A DNA stretch of 18,898 nucleotides, taken from positions 1 to 18,898 of the forward strand of contig JBDLKA010000068.1 in the NCBI GenBank assembly GCA_039714075.1. Direction: 5' to 3'. The notes under the pieces were generated by a model that saw nothing but the letters and a program-made list of their open reading frames with translations, did no database searches and was not told where the DNA came from. Made by a program: the position numbers and the translations under genes. How positions within the stretch are numbered: the stretch's first letter is position 1; each line of letters starts with the position of its first letter. The DNA is from Candidatus Krumholzibacteriota bacterium. GTDB taxonomy: Bacteria > Krumholzibacteriota > Krumholzibacteriia > LZORAL124-64-63. This document shows positions 1-7,978 of the stretch, one piece after another.

Positions 1-219
1 TCCCTGCGGTACTGGATCTACTGGTTCCACACCGTCAGCGGCGTCAGCGGAAACGAGTACGTGCACTGGGCGCAGGCCACGCTGAATCCGCGCATCTACA
101 AGAAGTGGGGGCTGGGGTTGGATTACACCTACTACCTGAGGAATTCCTACTTCCACGAGTATCCGGAGTCGCATTTGAAGAACATCGAACTGCGGACCTT
201 CGTGTCTTACCGGTTCTAG
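1..219 (+). CDS. 3' end (partial) of a probable outer-membrane beta-barrel protein, DUF3943-like
   Basis: Not in the ORF track. Frame 1 is open from base 1 to TAG 217-219: SLRYWIYWFHTVSGVSGNEYVHWAQATLNPRIYKKWGLGLDYTYYLRNSYFHEYPESHLKNIELRTFVSYRF*. It has alternating aromatic strands and a terminal Y-x-F beta-signal. The resemblance to DUF3943 C-termini is from memory. Confidence 0.7.
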   Translation, partial: SLRYWIYWFHTVSGVSGNEYVHWAQATLNPRIYKKWGLGLDYTYYLRNSYFHEYPESHLKNIELRTFVSYRF

Positions 220-233
220 AAGGAGGCCCTGTC

Positions 234-1073
234 TTGAGTCTTCGCCGCATCGTTTCGCTGTCCCTGTTCCTGTCCATCGCCATGATGCTGACCACCAGCA
301 TCATCCTGTACATCGTTCCCCAGGGCCGGGTGGCCTACTGGGGCGACTGGACACTGTGGGGTTTGAGCAAGACCCAATGGGGCAATCTGCACATCAATGC
401 GGGCTTTCTGATGCTCATCGCCGGGTTTTTGCATCTCTATTACAACTGGCGGCCGGTGACAAGCTACATGAAGAACAAGGCCCGGGACTTCAAGCTGTTC
501 ACCCCGAACTTCAACGCGGCCCTGGCCGTGATGGCGGTCGTGGCGGTGCTGACCCTGATGGAAGTTCCACCCCTTGTGTGGATCCAGGATCTGGGCGCGT
601 CCATCAAGGATGGCGCCGCGTTGAAGATGGGCGAGCCGCCCTACGGACACGCCGAGGAATCCGGGTTCCGGGTATTCATCCGCAACGTCGGGTTGGACAA
701 GGATGTGGCGAAAGCCAATCTGGAAGCCGCAGGTATTGAGATCACGGATCCCGAAATTTCCATTCTCGATCTGGCCCACGACAACGGCCTGTCGCCCCAG
801 GCCCTGTTCGAAGTCATGAAGGGTCCGGAAGACCAGAGGCCCACGGGGCCGAAGCCCATCCCGACCTCGATGCCCATGGGATCGGGCAAACTCACCCTGG
901 AAGCATTTTGCGGCGAGTACAACCGCGATGTCGCCGAAGCGGTGAAGATCCTGGAGGCCGCCGGTGTGAAGGCCGATCCGCAGCGTTCCCTGAAGGACAT
1001 CGCCGCGGATAGCGGGAGGGAAGCGCTGGACCTGCTGGATATTCTTCGCCTGGGGTATGGCGAAAGCCAATAA
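234..1073 (+). CDS. DUF4405 domain-containing membrane protein with a duplicated C-terminal soluble domain
   Basis: Lies within ORF 105..1073. The start is reassigned to TTG 234, 7 nt after AGGAGG (221-226), because 105-219 overlaps the upstream gene. Motif LYIVPQGRVAYW..W..WGLSKTQW.NLH....LHLYYNW is typical of DUF4405. Three hydrophobic segments. Confidence 0.8.
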   Translation: MSLRRIVSLSLFLSIAMMLTTSIILYIVPQGRVAYWGDWTLWGLSKTQWGNLHINAGFLMLIAGFLHLYYNWRPVTSYMKNKARDFKLFTPNFNAALAVMAVVAVLTLMEVPPLVWIQDLGASIKDGAALKMGEPPYGHAEESGFRVFIRNVGLDKDVAKANLEAAGIEITDPEISILDLAHDNGLSPQALFEVMKGPEDQRPTGPKPIPTSMPMGSGKLTLEAFCGEYNRDVAEAVKILEAAGVKADPQRSLKDIAADSGREALDLLDILRLGYGESQ

Positions 1074-1198
1074 TGGGCGCGGTGTCGGGAATTGATTAGG
1101 TTGCCAACGGCTTCATGTTTGACAATAAATATACTGTCAAAAGCGCCATGAAGGCCGATTGAAAATCTTAACACATTGAAAACAAACAAAATAGCTTA

Positions 1199-1224
1199 AA
1201 AAAGTGTCCCCGGGGGCACTTTTT
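1199..1224. terminator. Palindromic hairpin between convergent genes (bidirectional terminator or REP-like)
   Basis: AAAAAGTGTCCCCGGGGGCACTTTTT, with A- and T-tracts on the two sides, between the stops at 1073 (+) and 1333 (-). Confidence 0.65.
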
Positions 1225-1332
1225 AGAGATAACTTATTGATAACAAATAGATTAATAATCTGAAGTCCAAGCTGAGAAATTGCCGTAGCGGGATTACAGG
1301 CCAAGCAAAATTTCAGAGGCACAACCAATTGA

Positions 1333-3561
1333 TCACGGACCGTGCGGCTCGAGATCCGGCAACTCCTCCTTGTCCCTGACATACCGGTCCAGCCAGTGGC
1401 GGATCTCCCCGTAGGCCTCGGCCCGGAATTCCGACAGCCCGTGGTCGGCCCCCTCGTACATGATGAAACGGTAGGGCCGGCGCAGTTCAAACAAAGCCTC
1501 GGCCATGCGCATCGACCCGGTGGGATGCACCCGCCAGTCCGCCGTGCCGTGCAGCAATAGAATCGGCGTGGTGGGACAGAGTTTTTCAGGCCATTCGACG
1601 GGCGACCGGGCGGACATCGCCTCTTCCTTCACGTTCCAGTAGTCGGGAACCAGTTCGGCATAGACGAAGGTCTCCATGTCGGGGCGGTCGGCGATGGTCA
1701 GCCGGCTGTCCGAAACCCCGGCCACGATGGCGGCTGCGCGCAGACGGTCGGTCCCGGCCAGGGCGAGGTAGGTCATCAGGCCGCCGCGGCTGAAGCCGGT
1801 CATGCCGATCCGGTCGGCGTCGGCCTCCTTGTCGAGGGATTCCAACAAGGGGATGAGATTGAGCACATCGGCCACTTCAGCGCCCCCGAATTCCTCGATT
1901 CCCTCGGTTCCGCCCCCGTTACCCCGGTACTGACTGGCGACCACCACGTAACCCCAGCTCGCGAACCTGGCCAACCGCAGGGCGACCCGGCGCGGCGAGT
2001 TGGCGCCGAATTCCCGGTTGCCGCCCCGGTTGTAGATGAGGCAGGGATGAGGGCCGGGCGTTTTCGGGGTGATGATGTGACCGGCGACCCGCAGCCCGTC
2101 GCTGATGTAGACGATCTCGTCGATGTCCACCGAATCGAGAAAGGCGTACTCGGCCAGGGGGGATCCGCCGGGTTCCAGCAACTCGGCCGGAATCGCCATG
2201 GGCCGCCGGTCGATCAGTTGGCCGTCGTCCAGGGGTTTGGGTATCATCAATTCGGCGCGGTCCAGAACCCGACCGGCCAGGACGGTCTGGTGGATGTCCT
2301 TCAAGTTCCCGACATCCACGCGGGGATCCGAACCGAGCAGCACCAGGTCGGCCCGTTTGCCCGGGGCGACGGCGCCGATTTCATTCCAGCCGAATACTTC
2401 CGCGGGATTGCTGGTCGCCGCGGCCAAGGCCTGTCGCGGACTGTGGCCCACCGCGACCAACGCTTCCAGTTCGTGATGCAGGGAGATGCCGGGCATGGTG
2501 CCCCAGACGTCGGCCCCGCTGCCGGCGAGATAGGTGCAACCCGCGGCGAAATAGCCGCTGTCCAGAAGGATTTCCGCCTGGGCGATGGTACGGTAGGCTT
2601 CTGCCTTGTCCGGGGCGTAGGTGTGCTCGCCGGTTTCCTTGTCGGCCGGCCAGTGGATGTCGCGCTCATCGAGGATGGCCGCAACGGGTCCGTCCCAGGG
2701 GTTGGCGTGGCCCGGGCGGTCCAGGTAACCCAGGCTGAGGGTGGGGATGAGGGCCGTTCCGTTCCTGGCGATTTCGGATCCGTATGCGCGTACTGCCTCG
2801 GTATCGAGGGCCAGGTCCCGCAGTATCTGGTAATACCGCCATTTGGGGCTGTCGAGATCATCACTGAAAGGTTCGTCGTCGATACCCTGTCTTAATTCCT
2901 CCGACGCCAGACCCAGCGAGTAGCGGGTGGTGTGCACGAAGGCGTCCACGCCCATCGCCGCCGCGTCCACGTATTTCGTGCGGGCGAGCTCGCCGATCAC
3001 CGGCATTCCCAATTCATGGGCACGCTTCACAACCGCCGGCATCTGCGAGGGATCCACACGGTACATCACCAGCAAAACATCAACACCGCGTGCTTTTTCC
3101 GCCTCGACGGAAGCCAGCAGATCGGGCAGGGGCGCGGCCTCGTAGCCCACTTCCCCCAACAAACGAATGTCGGGCGATGGATCGGAATCCCGATCGAGCG
3201 GACCCCGGCGCGTGCTTTCCACGCCCACGATCGTGGTGACACCCATGGCGAGATAGGCATCGGCGTGCGCCTGGTGGTTGAGGGCGGCGAAGCAGTCGAT
3301 CAGGCCGGGAACGGCGAATCCGCCCTGGGCGTCCAACACCACGGCACCGGGGGGCAGGTCGATTTCCCCCGCGGGACCGGCGGCGGTTATCACTCCGTCA
3401 GTGATTACGATGACGGCGTCTTCGATGTCACTTGCCGCGGTGCCGCGGTCGGTCACGTCGATGATCGTGACGTTGCGGATGACCAGGTCGTCGGCGGACC
3501 ATGCCGCAATCGCGCAGCAAATAAACGTGACCACGATGAGAAAGATGCCGGACAGCCGCAT
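1333..3561 (-). CDS. Secreted fusion of an amidohydrolase-like domain and a prolyl oligopeptidase (S9) alpha/beta hydrolase domain
   Basis: Start is ATG 3561 with GGAG upstream, followed by signal peptide MRLSGIFLIVVTFICCAIAAWSA. The N-terminal half has amidohydrolase-fold hallmarks (VLDAQGGFAVPGLID; ALAAATSNPA..G.VAPGKRADLVLL). The C-terminal part has YNRGG, GFSRGG (Ser), HGTADWRV (Asp) and GADHGL (His). Confidence 0.85.
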   Translation of the reverse strand: MRLSGIFLIVVTFICCAIAAWSADDLVIRNVTIIDVTDRGTAASDIEDAVIVITDGVITAAGPAGEIDLPPGAVVLDAQGGFAVPGLIDCFAALNHQAHADAYLAMGVTTIVGVESTRRGPLDRDSDPSPDIRLLGEVGYEAAPLPDLLASVEAEKARGVDVLLVMYRVDPSQMPAVVKRAHELGMPVIGELARTKYVDAAAMGVDAFVHTTRYSLGLASEELRQGIDDEPFSDDLDSPKWRYYQILRDLALDTEAVRAYGSEIARNGTALIPTLSLGYLDRPGHANPWDGPVAAILDERDIHWPADKETGEHTYAPDKAEAYRTIAQAEILLDSGYFAAGCTYLAGSGADVWGTMPGISLHHELEALVAVGHSPRQALAAATSNPAEVFGWNEIGAVAPGKRADLVLLGSDPRVDVGNLKDIHQTVLAGRVLDRAELMIPKPLDDGQLIDRRPMAIPAELLEPGGSPLAEYAFLDSVDIDEIVYISDGLRVAGHIITPKTPGPHPCLIYNRGGNREFGANSPRRVALRLARFASWGYVVVASQYRGNGGGTEGIEEFGGAEVADVLNLIPLLESLDKEADADRIGMTGFSRGGLMTYLALAGTDRLRAAAIVAGVSDSRLTIADRPDMETFVYAELVPDYWNVKEEAMSARSPVEWPEKLCPTTPILLLHGTADWRVHPTGSMRMAEALFELRRPYRFIMYEGADHGLSEFRAEAYGEIRHWLDRYVRDKEELPDLEPHGP

Positions 3562-3693
3562 GAAGTCTCCGAACTCGGTTGAGGGATCCTGGTACATTAC
3601 GGGCATAATAAAATAAAACAAAGTTGATTTCTTGTTTTCAAATATGTTGTAATGAATGTGTTGCTTTGATGTTCAGGAGATAGGGGGCCTGGA

Positions 3694-6135
3694 ATGTTAT
3701 CTCGACTACAGCCAATTCATATTTTCCGTATCACCATTTACACCATGATCGGGGCGGGCTTGCTGATGGCCGGGACCGCGCCGGCCCAGACCTACGACTG
3801 GGACGAAAGCTCGGGGCCAGAAGGAGGGTGGGTTTATGCTCTGGCCGAAGCCCCAAACGGCGATGTCTTCGCCGGTTTATGGAACAGGGGAGGCGTATTC
3901 CGCTCTACTGATCAGGGGGTGACCTGGCAGGAGGCGGGATTGCATGGCTATAGCATTTCCGAAATGGTCACGAACACTGCGGGGGCGGTTTTCGCCGCCA
4001 GCACCACGAATGATGTCCTTCGATCCCTGGACGGGGGTTCGAGTTGGGAAGTGTCCGGCTCCTCGGTCGTTGACTATTTCGGCGGTATTGCTTACGACCC
4101 CGTTCTGGACATCCTCTACGCCGCCAGACATGAACAAGTGTCGCGCTCGGTGAACGGCGGCGATTCCTGGGAAAATATCGATTTGGATTTTCCGAACGTT
4201 CAGGTCCGAGCCTTGGCCGCGGTTCCCAACGGTGGTTACCTGTACGCCGGTACCACCGGGGACAAGGTCTACCGCTCCGAAGACGGCGGGGTGACCTGGT
4301 ACCTGTACGATGCAGGGATGACGACCAACGGCATCCGTGACCTTCTGGTGGTTTCCGAGGGATTCGTCTATGCGGCCTCCTATGGTGGCGGCGTCTATCG
4401 CACGGAGTGGAGCGGTACCACCTGGACCCAATTTGTAAACGGGTTGGACGATGACTACTGCATGTCGATTGGCCGGGATGCCTCGGGCAGTCTGTGGGTC
4501 GGCACCAATCAATCCGGAACGTATGTCTCCCACAACGACGGGCAGGACTGGGCGGCCGCCCGGACCGGATTATTTTTTCGGGAAGTGAACGATCTGCTTT
4601 TCCTCGACGCCAACACTTTCCTGGCCGGCTGCGGTGGCGGGGGGGTGTTTCGTTCCGTCGACGCCGGGGCCCTCTGGTCCCCGTCGAATGCGGGCCTGAA
4701 TCGTTGTTGGATTTCTACCCTGGTGAACGACGGAGCCGGAACCGATTATGCCGTCGCCCAGGGGCATGGGGTCCACCGATCCGTCGATGACGGGGTCACC
4801 TGGACTCCCGTCAATAGCGGCCTGACGGATCCGGATGTCCTTGATATCGCCATCCATCCCGACGGGGAACTATTCGTCGGGACCAGGGACAACCATCTCT
4901 TCATCTCTTCCAACGGAGCAGACAGTTGGACACCCACGGGCACGGCCCCGGCTATCGTTCGGGCGGAGGCCGTTGCCGTCAAGGCCGCCACCGGCGACTT
5001 GTTTGTCGGTGAAAGTACTATTTCCGGGGGCGTCTGGCGCTCCCCCGACAAGGGGGATTCCTGGACCCAGGTCAGCGGCGGCCTGCCTGCTACAGGGGTC
5101 ACGTCCCTGGCCGTGGCGGATGATGGAGACCTTCTGGCTTGTGTCTGGGACAACGGGATCTACCGTTCGCAGGATGATGGGGCCTCCTGGAACCCCCTGA
5201 ACAACGGCCTGACCGGCCTGAATGTAAGTCAGGTTATTTCGCTGCCCGGCGGTACCATGTACGCGGCCGTTCCCTATCACGGGTTGTTCCGTTCCCTGAA
5301 CGACGGCGCCAACTGGTCCCTGGTCGATCCCAGCCTCGATGAACTGACGATCAGGTCGGTGGCGGCCAATCTCAGCGGTTACATTTTCGCGGGCGGCGAA
5401 TATGAGGGGGACATCTATCAGTCCTCGGATGGCGGTGATTCCTGGACCTTGATATCCGTACCGACGTTCGGCGTGTCCATTCAGTCTCTGGGCTTCGACA
5501 CCGCCGGCAGACTGCTGGTCGGAACGAACGGGTGGAGCGTCCTCTATACCCAACAGAGCACTCCGGTATACCTGTTCGGTTTTACTGCCGAACGAATGTC
5601 TTCGGGAGCCGTGACCCTGGGTTGGTCGGTGTCGTATGACGGTCCGGTCCCGGCGGCCGAGGTCTACCGTTCGGTCGATGGAGGCCCCCGCGAGCAGCTA
5701 TCAATCCGGTCCCTTGGCTCCGGCCCGGAATTCAACTTCGTCGATAAGACCGCGCCCGCCGATCCGTGCGATTACTGGCTGCTTTTGACCGACGCCGCCG
5801 AAAGCCAAAGCTGGTTCGGTCCGGTCAGCGTGGACAAGGCCGACCTGGCGGGTGTGGGGCTGGCCATCGATTCGGTCTGGCCCAACCCGGCGACGGGCTC
5901 GGCGACGATCCGCTTTTCGGTTCCGCGGAATGAAACCGCCCGGCTCGACGTCTACGACCTGCGCGGCCGTCTGGTGCGGAGGCTGCGGTGGGGCATGGCG
6001 GGAGGTGGAACCCTGGAAGGGACCTGGGACGGCCGCGATGACAATGGAAACGCCGTGGCCGCGGGGGTCTACTTCCTTCGTCTGCGAACAGATAATAAAG
6101 TGGTGACCGGAAGGGTGGTCATGCTCGGCAATTGA
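3694..6135 (+). CDS. Secreted Asp-box/BNR-repeat beta-propeller protein (YCF48/VPS10-like) with a C-terminal FlgD-Ig/T9SS-type sorting domain
   Basis: Signal peptide ends TAPA-QT. About 13 S-x-[DN]-x-G-x-[ST]-W repeats, then linker TPVYLFGFTA. C-terminus is WPNP...IRFSVP...LDVYDLRGRLVRRL...WDGRDDNGNAVAAGVYFLRL...RVVML. Confidence 0.85.
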   Translation: MLSRLQPIHIFRITIYTMIGAGLLMAGTAPAQTYDWDESSGPEGGWVYALAEAPNGDVFAGLWNRGGVFRSTDQGVTWQEAGLHGYSISEMVTNTAGAVFAASTTNDVLRSLDGGSSWEVSGSSVVDYFGGIAYDPVLDILYAARHEQVSRSVNGGDSWENIDLDFPNVQVRALAAVPNGGYLYAGTTGDKVYRSEDGGVTWYLYDAGMTTNGIRDLLVVSEGFVYAASYGGGVYRTEWSGTTWTQFVNGLDDDYCMSIGRDASGSLWVGTNQSGTYVSHNDGQDWAAARTGLFFREVNDLLFLDANTFLAGCGGGGVFRSVDAGALWSPSNAGLNRCWISTLVNDGAGTDYAVAQGHGVHRSVDDGVTWTPVNSGLTDPDVLDIAIHPDGELFVGTRDNHLFISSNGADSWTPTGTAPAIVRAEAVAVKAATGDLFVGESTISGGVWRSPDKGDSWTQVSGGLPATGVTSLAVADDGDLLACVWDNGIYRSQDDGASWNPLNNGLTGLNVSQVISLPGGTMYAAVPYHGLFRSLNDGANWSLVDPSLDELTIRSVAANLSGYIFAGGEYEGDIYQSSDGGDSWTLISVPTFGVSIQSLGFDTAGRLLVGTNGWSVLYTQQSTPVYLFGFTAERMSSGAVTLGWSVSYDGPVPAAEVYRSVDGGPREQLSIRSLGSGPEFNFVDKTAPADPCDYWLLLTDAAESQSWFGPVSVDKADLAGVGLAIDSVWPNPATGSATIRFSVPRNETARLDVYDLRGRLVRRLRWGMAGGGTLEGTWDGRDDNGNAVAAGVYFLRLRTDNKVVTGRVVMLGN

Positions 6136-6164
6136 TCACATGGCGCAGACCAAGAGTGTGTGAT

Positions 6165-6206
6165 ACATCAAAAGGAGGGCCCCCCGGGGGGCCCTCCTTT
6201 TGTTGT
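6165..6206. terminator. Long palindrome between convergent genes (bidirectional terminator or REP-like)
   Basis: Perfect 34-bp palindrome at 6169-6202, CAAAAGGAGGGCCCCCCGGGGGGCCCTCCTTTTG, extendable to 6165-6206 with one mismatch. Confidence 0.75.
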
Positions 6207-6244
6207 CTGGTAACGTTTGCCATTGATCCCGTTGCCGGCATGGT

Positions 6245-7705
6245 CTATCGCAGCAGGGTGACCTTCCTGGTCGCGATTTCCCGGTCGGTGACCAGGCGTG
6301 CGATGTACATTCCGCTGGCCAGATCCTGTGAGTCGAAATCGAAGCTGTAGGTCCCGGCTTGGTGCCAACCGCCGGCCAGGCGGGCGACCCGCCGGCCGCG
6401 GATGTTGAAGACATCGAACTGGATGTCGGCCGCGCGCGCCAGGGTGAAACTGAACACCCCGTCGGCCATCCCGCCCGGCTTGTGGGCGAAACGCAGGGCC
6501 AGGTCCGGCTGTCCGACCGCGCTCTTGGCCGTGGGCAACACGTACCCGTCGGTGAGGGTCTTCATGAAGGCGACCACGGCCGCTTCCTCGGCAGTGGTCA
6601 GCCCCAGATCGCCGAGTTCGTCCGTGTTGACCGTCGAACCGATTTCGGGGGCGGGCCAGGGCGCCACGTCGCGGGTGTTGTAGAAGTGGGTGATGTCCGC
6701 GAGCGACTTGAAGTACCCGTTGTGGCCGAAGGCCTTGACGAACTCGGGGTACGGCCTCTGGTCGACGTTGCGCAGGGTGGGCACTTTGTGTTTGCCGTAA
6801 TTTTCAGCGGCCATGTGGGCGTATTCGGGGACGTTTTCCAGGAACCCGCCCAGGCCCATGTCGACCCAATCGAAGCCGTCGATGTTGTACTTCCGCGTGG
6901 CCCGGTAGAACGGCAGGTCGTAGTTGGGAGGCAGGCCCAGGTTGTCATAGGTGAAGTCGGTGAACAGGGGCGGAGCGCCGTCACCGCCGGGTTGGCTGGG
7001 ATGGCACAGGTTGCACATGGCCTTGCCTTCGAAAAGCGAAAGCCCGTGAGCTTCTTCCGCCGTCAACGTGGCCATGCCGGCCAGGTAGTAGTCGTACTTG
7101 GATGTGAAGGGGTTGACCTCCACCGAGGCTTCGAAGGCGGCGATCGAACGACCGATCCGTTCGTAGGTTCCGGCCACGTCATTCACCGGATCCAGGGAGC
7201 CCGGTCCCCAGACGGCTTCGAACAGGTCCGCGTAGTCCGAATGCGCCACCTTGAGGCAGACCAGCTTCGCGGTGGGATTGTTCTGTTCCAGGGGATTCAG
7301 GAAAGGCCCGAGAGCCTGCTCGGCGAGGGGATCACCAAGGGTCCAGCCGGTGGCCCTTCCGTCCCAGAACATGCCGCCGATGAACAGCTCTTCATCCTCA
7401 TCGTAGTACATGACCGGACTGAATCCGGCGTAGGCGGACGTCGGGGGCTTGCGGTTGCCGCCCCGCACGTGAACCGCGCCGGCATAGGCGACCTGGCCCG
7501 CGTTGACGTCGATGTCGGGCCCCGTGAAGCCGGCTTCCGGAGCGTGGCAGGCGGCGCAGGATTGCCCGGGCGGAGTGGAGAGATCGGTATCGAAAAACAG
7601 GTTCCTTCCGAGTTCTTCGAGGGGGGTCAGCCCATTGGCTGCAGCCGAGACTGTAACAAGAATCATTACGGACAAGAAAAAGAGCGCGGCGAGTGCGGGT
7701 TTCAT
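6245..7705 (-). CDS. Di-haem cytochrome c peroxidase/MauG superfamily protein with a C-terminal T9SS-type sorting-like domain
   Basis: GGAGG RBS and a signal peptide. Motifs LGRNLFFDTDLS, CAACH, FWDGRA, EQALGPFLNPLE, CNLCH, KVPTLRNV and HNGYF. The last ~90 aa read FDVFNIRGRRVARL...LASGMYIARL...TRKVTLLR. Confidence 0.9.
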   Translation of the reverse strand: MKPALAALFFLSVMILVTVSAAANGLTPLEELGRNLFFDTDLSTPPGQSCAACHAPEAGFTGPDIDVNAGQVAYAGAVHVRGGNRKPPTSAYAGFSPVMYYDEDEELFIGGMFWDGRATGWTLGDPLAEQALGPFLNPLEQNNPTAKLVCLKVAHSDYADLFEAVWGPGSLDPVNDVAGTYERIGRSIAAFEASVEVNPFTSKYDYYLAGMATLTAEEAHGLSLFEGKAMCNLCHPSQPGGDGAPPLFTDFTYDNLGLPPNYDLPFYRATRKYNIDGFDWVDMGLGGFLENVPEYAHMAAENYGKHKVPTLRNVDQRPYPEFVKAFGHNGYFKSLADITHFYNTRDVAPWPAPEIGSTVNTDELGDLGLTTAEEAAVVAFMKTLTDGYVLPTAKSAVGQPDLALRFAHKPGGMADGVFSFTLARAADIQFDVFNIRGRRVARLAGGWHQAGTYSFDFDSQDLASGMYIARLVTDREIATRKVTLLR

Positions 7706-7883
7706 GATTTTCCTCCAGGCTTGGGTGGAATTGCTGGATGATACTGATAATCGGAATCAACCTGTTGCCTCAGAAGCGGTTGCACTCTACCATATTTCGC
7801 GCCCAGGTTTTCAAAAATATTTCAGGCAGAGGATTTTTTGGGGAAACCCGGGGGGGAATTTTTTCAAATATCCTAAATAAAAT

Positions 7884-7916
7884 GGAAACCTTATCTCCCG
7901 ATTCCCGTGATAGAAT
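7884..7916 (+). promoter_or_regulatory. Putative promoter of the ABC exporter operon
   Basis: Extended -10 TGATAGAAT (7908-7916), and an ECF-like GGAAAC-N16-CGTGA (7884-7910), about 65 nt upstream of ATG 7979. Confidence 0.35.
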
Positions 7917-7978
7917 CCATTCTTCATCCATCTTCCATTTTGAATCCGGTGAGACCGGTAGAAACAAACGGGGTACTC

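Noticed and set aside
105..233. N-terminal extension of ORF 105..1073
   Set aside because: It overlaps the 3' end of the frame-1 gene. A strong RBS points to TTG 234.
3600..3630. dif-like site (GGGCATAATAAAATA...)
   Set aside because: Only the left arm is similar. The XerD arm TTATGTTAAAT is absent.
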